Part shown: in pieces, positions 50,516 to 61,937 of the stretch
How positions within the stretch are numbered: the first letter of the stretch is position 1
How the letters are laid out: each line of letters begins with the position of its first letter
Assembly: GCA_012026655.1 (NCBI GenBank)
Contig: JAAILG010000265.1
Location: 1 to 64,000 of the forward strand
Source: Hydrolagus affinis
Lineage: Eukaryota
Direction: 5' to 3'
Length of the DNA stretch: 64,000 nt
Made by a program: the position numbers and the translations under genes
The notes under the pieces: generated by a model
The model's database searches: none
Seen by the model: the letters and a program-made list of their open reading frames with translations, nothing else
What the model was told of the DNA's origin: nothing

Positions 50516-50895
50516 AACAACAACTTTGATTTATATAGCGCCCTCCACCCCGGACGGCGTCTCAGAGCGCTTCACAATAGTGAATCCCGGGACCGAGCCA
50601 GGGGCAGGGGTAGAAAGGTGACCAAAGGCGCGGTCGAAGAGAAAAGTCTTCAGCTGGGACCTGAAGCTGAGAAAAGAGGAGGTGGGAGGAAGGTAGTGAG
50701 GAAGGGAATTCCAGGGGCATAGTGGCTGAAGGCACAGCCGCCGAGGATGGAGCGGAGGATTCGGGGGAGCGGAGGATTCGGGGGACATGGAGGAGGCCAG
50801 ACCCCGTGGAGCGAAGGCAACGGGAGCTGGTTTGAGGAGAGAGGAGGTCAGAGAGGTAGGGGGGTGCAGAGGAATGGAGGGATTTGATATATAGC
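50516..50895 (-). mobile_element. Relatively young 5'-truncated L2 LINE (second L2 family)
   Basis: GC/CpG-rich; translates to KSLHSSAPPYLSDLL...LRSTGSGLLHVPR and WNSLPHYL...SFRSQLKTFLFDRAF; tail gaagcgctctgagacgccgtccggggtggagggcgctatataaatcaaagttgttgtt. Confidence 0.92.
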
Positions 50896-51846
50896 AAACA
50901 TTCTTTACAAAATGCCTTAGCTTTATGAGCAAATACAAAATACAATAACAAATTAAAATGTTATAAAAATGTGAAAAAAGTTTCACTGGGCTACAATTTC
51001 ATCTGTTCAATTGCAATGAGGGTAACAGATTTGAAATTTGAAATCTAACGCATGATGAAGAATCCACTCCATAAGTTAAAGATGAAATCCACTTTTAGCA
51101 GGTTGAGCCTATTTAAATGGTAAGGAATCAAAAACAATTCATATTCAGTACTGTACAGGCCAAATGTTTGTTCCCCCATTTCATTCCGATTCTGAGTGTT
51201 TGCAGGTTTTCTTATTGTGTTTTATGTGTGGTTTCTGAGTAATTACGGCTCAGTGCAATCAGCTTTTGGAGTTTGCCTTCAGACTTTACAACTGAAGTAA
51301 TGCCAGCAGAAACTGACGTTACTGCTTATTGGCACTACCATTCAGTACCCTCTCCAGGAATAAGACAAACTTCACCCTTATAGGCTGACTAAAGCTTTGT
51401 TTGATTTAATTCAGTGGCAGTTGCCTGATATTACGAATTGTGTAGTAATTCAAACTGGCTTTATTCCAGAAACACTGGCCAGTCGGCAGGAAAATAAATT
51501 GATAAAGGGTGTTCCGAAGATCTTTCTTTTGACAATCAATGTGTCATATTGTGAAAGAATGAATTTAACAAGGACAAAGCACGATACATGATGGTTCCAT
51601 ATCTCTTACGGTCATTGGTGAGTTTCTCTTGATGCCAATTATGCCGGAGCAATTTTTCAGAAGTGCAATCATTCATTATGAGCGGACACATTCCTAAAAG
51701 TCTATGCAGACAATACTTAAAAAGAAGAAAAATCACATTGCACTTAAGCTCCTTTTGGTGACGAATCTAACATTTCAGATCTTCCACTGATTTCAAATTT
51801 CAAATTCCAAAATGCAGCAATTTCAAATTGCGTAATGTTTTGATGA

Positions 51847-51902
51847 GGCACCTTGGGACATCCTCCTGACGTGAAAGGCGCTATACAAGTGTAATTGTTG
51901 TT
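51847..51902 (+). mobile_element. L2 3' tail only
   Basis: gcaccttgggacatcctcctgacgtgaaaggcgctatacaagtgtaattgttgtt. Confidence 0.85.
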
Positions 51903-52333
51903 TCACAAATGGGAACTCCTTTCCTTTATCCCAAAGGACTGTTCCTGAGAAGTTTGGGCTGAGCACAATGGATTGACATTGACATTCACAGCATCATACC
52001 AGAGTATTTAGTCTCTTAGATATTCACTTTGAGCATAAACACGGGGTTCTAAGTCTGACTCAGCTTGTACAGAATTTATGCTGTCCTAATTCAACATGGT
52101 TTAAGAGGTGTGGAGACTATCCAGAAACTCGTGACATTTGCCAATGGTAAATATCTCTACTGCCTAAAGGATTATAAATGTACTCTATAATTTAGGCACA
52201 GGATTCAATTTTATCATAACCTCTCAATGGTGAGAATGGAAAATATTGTCTCTTTAGAACATCTATCTGCCATGCTGTTTATACGCAGAGATTCCCCATT
52301 TACTATCAACTTAGTTAGAATAAATTGTCACCT

Positions 52334-52821
52334 TAATAATAATAATAATCCTTGCATTTGATATTGTGCTTTTCACGTTTTGTAGACGTCTCAAAGCACT
52401 TCACAGAAAATACTGTAAAGTGAAGTGACTGTATATTTGTGGGCGAAGCGCAACAGCCAATTGCACACAGCAGTGTCCCACAAATAGTCGTGACCAATTT
52501 TTGGAATGAAATGACCAATTTTTTTTTTTTTTTTTTGGAGGGATTATTATAGGATAGAATTCCAGAGGTTGGGGGCACAGTGGCTGAAGGCTCGACCACC
52601 AATGGTGGTGATGATAATGATAATGGTGGGGCGAGGGTCATGGAGCATTGAATTGACTGTAGATTTGTGGGCAAAACAACAGAGGCCACAAACTGCTGTG
52701 GATTGAAGTGACTATTATTTTGTGTGTGGAGTAAGGAAATGTGCCAAAGGTTTTGTCATGCTGGCAATCAAACCCAAGTCTCTTGCTTGCGAGGTGAGTG
52801 CTCTAACGAGCTAAGGACTCC
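52334..52821 (-). mobile_element. Composite element: SINE head and body (52648-52821), L2 ORF2 fragment (52551-52647), SINE body and tail (52334-52550)
   Basis: Middle piece translates on minus to LHDPRPT...TIGGRAFSHCAPNLWNS (L2 ORF2); flanks match SINE 45741-46036. Confidence 0.85.
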
Positions 52822-53092
52822 ACAAATGGTTTAAATTGTGTGTAGACTTACAATGTTGTAATACCATTTATATTTATCAATCCGTTAAATAAATTGCACT
52901 GTTCCTCCTCTTGCTTATACCTCTGATTCCTGGTTTCTCTTTCAACAACATCTGCAGCTCAATTCCTTGATTGCTCCTGCAAACGTGTCAAAGTGAAGAG
53001 ACACAGAGCCTGTAAACTGGCCACAGTTTCGCAATGCTAGCCACATTTTCAGTGATGTTTGAGTAATAGATTTCATAACAAATGGAATCTTA

Positions 53093-53127
53093 TTGAGATG
53101 TCTCCCTGACATGAAGGGTGCAATATG
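53093..53127 (+). mobile_element. Short SINE/L2 tail remnant
   Basis: ttgagatgtctccctgacatgaagggtgcaatat. Confidence 0.45.
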
Positions 53128-56100
53128 ATTATCACTCTGTCGGTCTCAAAATCAGCCAATCCTCGATTGATTTTAAGTTGGCGCAAGTTGTGTCAATAGC
53201 AGAATAAACTACTTCTTTTGATGATATATCCCAGATTATTGAAGGCAAGAAAGAACTTCTAGCACAGATGCTGCATAAAGATTATTACCTATTTATCATA
53301 GTATTTTTCCACTGTACATATGGATGGTAACGGCTTACCAGATATAGTACAGCCAAAAAGCTTTGCAGTGATCCAGATGCTGCAATACATAAATCTGAAC
53401 TGATAAATGCTGAGAACATAAATGCAGCGTGAGTTAAATATCTGAAATAAACAAAATCGGAAACAGAAATGTGTGGAACTCGACGAGGTCGATCAGAATA
53501 GAAAGAGTAAAATAGGTTAACAAGGCCCTTCATCAAAACCGGCTGCACAGATGTTAATGGCTGCCTCTTTGACTTCATGCTCAGCGTCAGGAGATTTCCT
53601 CCACTTGTAGACCATGATATCAAGAGCGTCACGTGTTGAACACTTTGCTATAAAGTCAAACTGGCAACCTGACAGCAATTGAAATCATGAATTGCCTTCT
53701 TATTCACCATGGTTTCTATCAGCTCTGAAATAATTGACTGTAGATGTACACTCTCTATTTTGTGGGTCTAATTTGCTCCATTCTTTTGGATGAGCCTGAT
53801 GTTTCTTGTTCTCTAGACAGATGGGAATAAGAGAGTTCAGAACGTCTATTGAAATAGAAGCTTGCTGCTGTACCTTTAATAAGTGCAAAAATTATATACC
53901 CATGCTTCAGCAAAATTCATGAAAAATCTTCTACATTTAAATCTATGAATTAATTTTTTTTGTGAAATTAACATGGTTCACTGTGTGTGGCAAAAACTCT
54001 AAAAATTAAGCTCAACAACTCTTAGCGACATACGCAGGAACCTCATTCACATTTTACTTTGCTTGCTGTAGTTGTCTTTGTAAGGTTTTTCTTTTAATCC
54101 ACTTTGTTGATGGACATGGCTCTGTTATTCCAACACTCACAGGAATTGTACTGTTTTGTGTAGTGCAATCGTGAACACTATTCAGAGCACATCAGGGAAC
54201 TCTCCCACACATTTCACCTCACTGAACAGCAGCATGAACAGATCCCAATTAATTGTTGGCCTCTTGTAGGTGCCTAAAGGGATGAGAAACAGGAAATCAA
54301 GTGGCTTCAGCAGATGGACAACATGGATATCCTTCACTATTTAGCTCTCAGTCAGTGATTGGCTGAAGCAAACCCATTCGTAGGTTCCCTGACCCTGCAA
54401 AAGTTCAGTTTGTCAAAGAATTATTCAAGGTCATAAATGGTCAGATTTCATTCCGAATGATACGATTGGATATAAATCATCTCTAGAGGTAGAATGAATG
54501 AAGTTAGGGTCAGGCATTCGGGAACCAATGAGATTTCATACTGTTATTACCATATTGGACAATTCTGTTCTCTTTATTTGATTTGGTAGAAGGTGACTTT
54601 CCTTTTCCCATGCTCAAAAATATTTTTTCTGGGTCTGATGAGAGAGAGCTCAAGCAGTTCTGATAATATGTGACGCAGCTTTAGTATTTAAATCTGATCT
54701 TTGAAGGAAAGAAATTGCTCATTTGTGGTTCATTCAAGTCATGCAGTATTGATGTCACCTATTACCTACCAATAATCAGTTAGTACAATTGGAGCTATCT
54801 GAAAGAATTGGATCGGAAAGTAGTTACCACTCTTTGTGATGAATCAAATGGCCTTCATTAGAACCGGACAAGTGAGCCAGGGTGAGGAGCAAGGGGCAAG
54901 AGCAGGGAACGGTGCAACAAGATTGCTACACCAATTACAATTCTCTGTACAAGTAATTATTCACACCAATAGCAGAAACAACTCAACAGGTAGAGTTATT
55001 GAAGCCAGATCACTGGACTCATCAAAAAAAAAGCTGATATACAGTACTGCAGTTTGCAAATTGTTCTGAAATAGTAACGCAGTAAGTCATAAATGACCGT
55101 GCAATACAAAATTGTAAGTCACATTGTACTTTGATGTAGCAACAATTGAATGCATCAAAATTGGGCTTCCATTCTTTAATATTACTGAAGAATACCTTTG
55201 AAGGGCTTTTTGTTTCCTGCAGCATTTCTGCAACATTGCATAATTCTCATTCGGATTGACCTTTGTAATAGTCGGAAACCACCTTACTAAGTGACCAAGC
55301 AAGCATTATCCGAGCTGTCACATAGCTTTGCTAAGCATTGTTTAAATATGATGTACCCCACCTCATTCTCGCAATCCTCCCCCCTAATGGAAAATCTTAT
55401 CCTGACTGACTACACAGAAAATTCTGTTGGCAAGGTCTCATAATGGACATCTGTTTTTGACAGTTCTTTCTGATTTGTCTGAGCTGTACCCTCTGCCAGC
55501 ACGGGAGAATACATTTCATATTCAGCAGCTGGTACCAACAGTACATGTAAATTTACACATGAATCAACTGTCAGAAACATAGACACAATGCATTGACAGC
55601 TCAGGAATGTGTAGGGAATTTTGTTGCCTTCTTAAAAAAAAGCTTGGTATTCCTGAAGTGAGGTACCTTTTGTACAGTAAAAGCTTTTGTTTTCTGATTG
55701 TCTGCTCACAATACCTGACTGATTAACGTTTCAGCCTCTCAGTCCATATATAATGTGCAGGGTTCCTGCATGAAGGCTTTGGAACTTCAAACCTTGGAAA
55801 AACATCAATTGGCTTGTCTCCATATATTGCCCTTTTTGCTGTTTTCTGTACCCTCTGAATGGCATATCATCACTGCATATTCCATTGCTTGTCAGAAAGA
55901 GCTCTGCACAATACAGGACCCTAAGGCTTAGAAACCTGGGAGTTGTAGGATTGAAGTATAGTGTTCAAATAGCACTTATTAAAAACAGCCCACATCTCTG
56001 ATCCAAATTAGATCGCGGTGTAAGATATTATTTAAAATCAGCAAGTTCAAATTAGTTCAGTTTTGGTAACCCTCTACGTTCAAAAGCAGATTGAGCATTT

Positions 56101-56992
56101 GGAATAATTTAAGACAAGAGTAACACACGTTTTTAGCTCAAAGTAATGAGAAGTTTAAGGAGCTCTAACCAGCTATCTCTGGACAAAGGAAGTTCGAGAT
56201 GAGGGACATGATCCAGAAAATAAGCATACATAGTATGTATTCAGAATGCAATTTGATTAAAATCATTAGATTACAACTAAAGGACTAAAGGACTAACTGA
56301 TTTGTGATTTGTGATAAGGTGTTTGCTTGAATGATCATGATCTCTTGTGTTCTTATACAAATTGTAAACAAGTAAACAGTTTGGCAAACTTAGTGAATCT
56401 TTAGCTAATATGGAAATATTTAGGGTGAATTGAGGGGTTTTAGAAATTCTGTTCTATTCTGTATGTGCAGAATGTTAGCTTCACAATCTGAAACACCTGG
56501 AAATTTAAATGCTGTCAGAAGCTGATAGTGATACCATATCTGAATCTGCTACAGGAGAGAGCTACAAGTAAAAGCCTATTTTGGTATTCCTGCACATCCT
56601 CAATTGTAAGATAACACTATAGTATTCCAGCAAAACTGAAACAAAATAAAATTATGACCGCTAAAGGTGCCTCACAGTCAGATCCAATACTGTACAATGT
56701 ATTGTCATGTAAATGAATGAATCATTTGTGCATCCATATTACAAATTGATTTAAAACAATTACAGTACTTAACTCAATCTCCTTGCCACTTTTAATACAT
56801 TTTAATGAAAGAAAATAGTAAAAATAATTTGAAAAAAATATTAATAAGGAACCAAAAATTCCACCCTGGTCTAAAAATTCAAGATGGGTCAACTTATTTT
56901 TTAAAAAATCTTAAATTCAGTCTTTAATTGATAGCCAATTATTTTCATAAAATGCAAAATAACATGCTATCTTTCCCATTTCTAACTACAGG

Positions 56993-57042
56993 TACTTGCA
57001 TTTGTGCAGCGCCATTCAACCCGGATGGCATCTTGGAGCACA
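56993..57042 (-). mobile_element. L2 3' tail only (family of 50516-50895)
   Basis: acttgcatttgtgcagcgccattcaacccggatggcatcttggagcac vs agcgccctccaccccggacggcgtctcagagcgc. Confidence 0.6.
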
Positions 57043-58935
57043 TAAGACTGAATTTAAGACCGATTAACAGTTTAAAACCCATTCATGACTCAATTTAAGA
57101 ATTTTCCACAAATACACATGATCTTAACATTTAAACACCAGACTGCCATTTGGGCTAATACTTGATGAACATTCAGAGCAAAGAAATGATTGCTGCAAAA
57201 CCAGAAATGCAAGAATTGTCAGTGCTAGAAGATTTATTAAATTACAATAAAGAATAATACTCATGGTGGCTTGTTGTTTAGATTTGGTAACGGCACATTC
57301 TTGAGACAACATACTGATATTCATACAGTTTCACTCAATATCTACAAATACTTTGAATGAATGACACAAAAATCTACAGATTCCATTCTCTCTCTCACTG
57401 AGGTCCTGCAGGTGGGTATAGAACAGTGTCCTTTCTGTATCTGTGGAGTCTGAGCTGTCACAAGAGCTGCTATGGACTGTCATCGGGTTATCAAGACATC
57501 AAGTCATGCGTAAAGTGAAAAGCAGGTGTTTGGCTTATCATAGAATGTTAAGCTTTCTGGCATATTTTATTACCTCTGTTCTCATAAGTAAGTTTCGGAG
57601 CTGCAGTGCAAAGAAATTTGAAGGATAGCAGCTAATACAGTGTATAATCCTTTTAAAAGCTGTTTGTAGATGGTGTTGTTATCAGCACCATGATGATCCT
57701 ATTATAATTTAGGACGCACTGTTCAAAGAATGACCAGGATTTAATGATTCTTTTGATAGGCTACTGGTCCATTTCACTCAACAGCAACTCTCTAAATTGA
57801 TTGCCTCGAGTTTTTAGTGCATTCAAGAGGGTGTGTTTAATGAACTGAACTCTGACTGACTTCTAAAAGCTCCAGTCTGATTGATGCTTCTCTTTCTCCC
57901 TATAACATAGACCCAGGAGCAGCTTTGAGAAGATAATCATCAGAATCGGTGTAAAAACACCTTATTTACTCAAGTTAATCTACTACCATCTGAAACTGAA
58001 CTTATTGCTCGTAACAGTTAACTTGATAGAGCACTTACCCAATTGTCCGCAACCTTCCAGAAAAGTTAACCTAATCAATCAGCGATCAATATTAATGGCT
58101 CGTGCAGTTGTTCTTCATCAATAACTGTTCCCAATTGGTTTGACAATATAAGAGCCACTGTTCTACTGTACTTTCGAGGATTACAGTAGGTCAGTAATTT
58201 CTAATCAATTTGTTTCAACCTCATCAAAACTGTTACAAGGGTCAGGTTGCTGTGTTTTCATCCATTTCAAATACAATGCAGACAAATATAAATATTTACG
58301 ATGTAAGACACCTGTATCTTCAAAAGTAATCCATCATTCAATTACTGAATAACCTATGTCATATTTCATGGCACAAGCATGTGACAGTGTATCAGATAAC
58401 TTGAGATGGGGTCTTACATTGTCACATACTGTGCTGCTGAACAATAAGATAATTGTTTCCCTCCAAAGTTTCTGTTTTGAGAGTATTGCACAGGTCCATC
58501 ACCTGCCACTCCAATTATGTCAAAGGGGCAAAAATAACATTTTATTATTTGGCATAAAATGAATGGAGTGGATTTGTAAGGCTCATATAATTGACCTCTG
58601 ATTTATGGTTATCGGGTAGTTTAAAGAATTGTCACAACAATTGATCCTTGTGCAAAAAGAGGTGTGATATTTAATTGGAGTCGTCTATATTCAGTGGTTA
58701 TTTCATTATTTTAAAACGTAAGTTGTTTTTTCATACAAAATCTGACTTATTTAATGGTATTGTGAATATAATATAAATGGCAATATTATCCATTTGAATA
58801 ATGCTGAATTTGAACATTACATTTTGCAACTTAAAGCCCATATTCATGCTCCCATAGTGGAGATCCTCAGAACTATTCCAGAATTGGTAAAATATGCAAT
58901 TATAATAATTTCATATATGTATAATAATATACACA

Positions 58936-59150
58936 TAATATTCCTTACATTTGATATAATGCATTTCGCTTCAGAAAGGCAGTCTTAAAGCGCTTCACAA
59001 GTTTGCTATAGAGTAAGGTGACTAAGTATTTTGTGAGTGAATGCAGACTCCCAGCACTGCATTGACTACATGAGTTCAAAAAACGTTCTACGATGTGGGG
59101 CTTGAATCCACGACCTACTGACTCAGAACTACCAACAGAGCCATGCTGAT
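58936..59150 (-). mobile_element. DeuSINE with internal deletion (head joined to tail)
   Basis: Tail ccttacatttgatata...tcttaaagcgcttcaca; head ctcccagcactgcattga...gtggggcttgaatccacgacctactgactcaga...ctaccaacagagcca matches 24265-24382; central Deu core missing. Confidence 0.7.
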
Positions 59151-60104
59151 ATTGCACCAACTCCAGGACACAGGCAGTGTTCCTGTAGTGGCTGAAATCA
59201 TTTGTAAAATTACTAATTGTTTCAGAGTGGGAAACTCCTGGATTTTCGGTATCTGATTTCTGTAACTTCAATCCAGTGATAGTGTGCACATATGCTTCTT
59301 GAAAGGGTTAATATTAATCTGTCAAACAATTGCACACATATGACAGTGACTTCCGTTAATAACAGCTTTACAAAGAAACCATTGACAGCGCAATCAATGC
59401 AGAGCAAATCATTCATAACCTCTTGCATATTTGGAAAGCATTTTTTCAAGTGGGTAAACACTATATATCATTATTCCCTGACATTTTCCCAAAGTTTTTT
59501 TTCCCCCATTTTTAATTTGGATGTAAAACTTCGGTAAGAAAGGCAATAAAACATTTCCTTTTTCTACTTCTCTTTAAGGAGCACTGCACAGATGAATATT
59601 AAAACAGTTTGCAGAGAGATTCTCCACAGCTGTTATCCGAATCATTTCATCCTATTTTAATTTCAGATTTATTCCTGCTGTGCTTATGCTAGAGCAGAGA
59701 TGTGCATTTTAGCGGGCAAATTGCTGAAAGTTGAAGAACTTCCATAGATTAATGATCAAGATATTTTCCAAATATTATCAATGTTGTACATTGCATTTGA
59801 CCTCTTTTCAGATCCTTTGATGCCATATATGGTTTGTGAAATATAATCACATCACTCGTTTCAAAATAATTATACAGTTCAAAACTATCAATGATATCAA
59901 AAGCTGATGCTATTTCACATTTTATTACATTTATCACCTGACAGTTTGTAACTTTGTTAGTTGCTCCATCTATTCCAATGTAATTGTACTATTGTATAAT
60001 TTTTTTTTAATCGTTTCATGTTTTCATTCCAATGAGGCAAAGAAAAGACTGTTGTACATATGAAATGACTATATATAATTTCCTGATATTTTGATGCCTG
60101 GTGT

Positions 60105-60418
60105 GTAAAACCTTACAGTCTTGTTGTTCGCTGGTCTCAGCTTGACCAGATCAACAATGGGCTCAATGTCGCACTGCTAAGGGTGGGAGAAATTGACAAC
60201 TTGTGACCAAGATCCAGTTACACTTCCGAAAAATGCATAGTTTGGAAAGATTAAGTGAGGACAGAATTGAACTCAGCTGTGATATCTTTCCCCACACCCC
60301 CCAACCTTTCGCTTGTGGTCAAAGTGCTTGTCTGGCTAACAGATGAAGAAAGTTCCCATACTCGTGGCATTGGAATGTCAGTGATATCTGTGGAACATGC
60401 AGCCTCCAGGAAGAAAGA
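60105..60418 (+). mobile_element. AmnSINE2-like ancient SINE
   Basis: gctggtctcagc...acaatgggctcaatg...gatccagttacac...gtgaggacagaattgaactcagctgtgat...tgtctggctaacagatgaagaa...ctgtggaac...cctccaggaag, collinear with the remembered AmnSINE2 consensus. Confidence 0.55.
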
Positions 60419-61202
60419 CAACAGGCAAATATATAGCACTTTTGAAAGAATCACACTGTGTGTTTTTTTACCCTATATTTAATAGTTATTTTACAAGAAA
60501 GTATGCTAAAATAAGCTAAATCTGTTATCTACATAACATCTACAGTGCTTTACTGTCTTCTATGTGCTTAATAAAAATGATAGGCTTGTAATGGCTGTGT
60601 TCTTATGGCATAACCCACAGACTATTTCCTCTAGTTCTACACCTTGCACATTAAGATATTTATTGTGATGCTAGACCTCTGACATTACATGCCATTGCTC
60701 ATAATTACCAGCCACCTCCTCCACTGTACAGGCAATTTACACTGACACAACGCTGGCCATTTTTCACAAAAGAAACCAAGTAAATAATAGGCAATCTGGG
60801 ATGTTACAGATATGTATCAGTGCCTAATTGGCTCTGAGTTCATCGTTGCACCACTTGTGCACTTATTGGCCCTAAGCTGATTTGGGAATGCATTCCCATC
60901 TCTAAATTACTGCTTGCCATCCATTATTTATCAGTAATTTTACTTAGCATGTCATACATGCAAATATACATATACACCATGAATTCCGGCAAACTAAGTC
61001 TGACAGTTGAAGTTAATGGACCTAAGCTCTGAACAGGGCCAGAACTATCAAACCCAGTAAAGCAAAACAAAAGTGCTGTTTATTGAATTTATAGCTTCAT
61101 TGAGGGCGACTGGTGTTTATAGAACAAGCAACAATCCATATCATACTGGTCCGTCTTCAGCTCAGATTCAAATGAAGGACATCAGTATAAAACAGCAATG
61201 AC

Positions 61203-61312
61203 TTGCCCACAAAATGTACAGTCAATTCACATTACGGTACATTCTGTGAAGCACTTTGAGACATCTCGAAGATGTGCTAAGGTGCTATATCAAATGCAAG
61301 GATTATTGTTGT
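61203..61312 (+). mobile_element. SINE 3' tail
   Basis: cccacaaaatgtacagtcaattcac...ctgtgaagcactttgagacatctcgaagatg...ggtgctatatcaaatgcaaggattatt. Confidence 0.85.
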
Positions 61313-61875
61313 GATAATTACAATCGGAGGCTTTAAGATGAATAAATAGTGTTTGCAGTTACATGATTCACTGCAATGAAAATCAGTGCCATTTTAATTT
61401 TGCTTGAGAACATTTGCGCAACATATAAAAAACAAAGCCAGTTTATGACAACCTGGTAAATGGAATAGTTGCCTGAAGGAAGATCCTGTTCTGGCAAGCA
61501 TCCTGATGGGCTGGCTTAGCTGGACGGGCAGACTGAAAGCAAGGACAAGCAGGAGCAACGGGTGAAGAGCTAAATCCTTGTTCTCAATCTGCCCATCCAA
61601 GTCTTGCTACCAAGTGAGACTGATAGCATATGTGAGTGAGACAATTCCGCCACACACAATCCAAAGAGAATTGTGTCCTTGCAAAAACTAACATAAGGAC
61701 CAAAAATATGTTTGAAGTTGACACTATACTTTTTTTTAAAAAAAATGCTTTTCAGAAAGATGATATGCAATGACAAAAATGTTGGACAGCAAATTTTAAA
61801 ATAATACCACAATAACAAAGAAGAATGAAGGATTGAGAATAAAAATCACAAACAAAGTTTGTTAAAAGAAGTTCA

Positions 61876-61937
61876 ACGCCTTGGGACGTCCTCCCGAAGT
61901 GAAAGGCGCTTTATAAGTGTAACTTTTTGTTGTTGTT
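61876..61937 (+). mobile_element. L2 3' tail only
   Basis: acgccttgggacgtcctcccgaagtgaaaggcgctttataagtgtaactttttgttgttgtt. Confidence 0.85.

Noticed and set aside
50531-50986. 151-aa and 129-aa minus-strand ORFs
   Set aside because: Frameshifted pieces of L2 ORF2 joined to flanking sequence; not host genes
51910-52220. Possible further AmnSINE2-like copy on the minus strand
   Set aside because: Only scattered short matches by eye; cannot be supported without an HMM search
58039-58053. 15-nt minus-strand microexon candidate (aag|GTTGCGGACAATTGG|gtaagt)
   Set aside because: Weak acceptor (short pyrimidine tract, AAG); expected by chance
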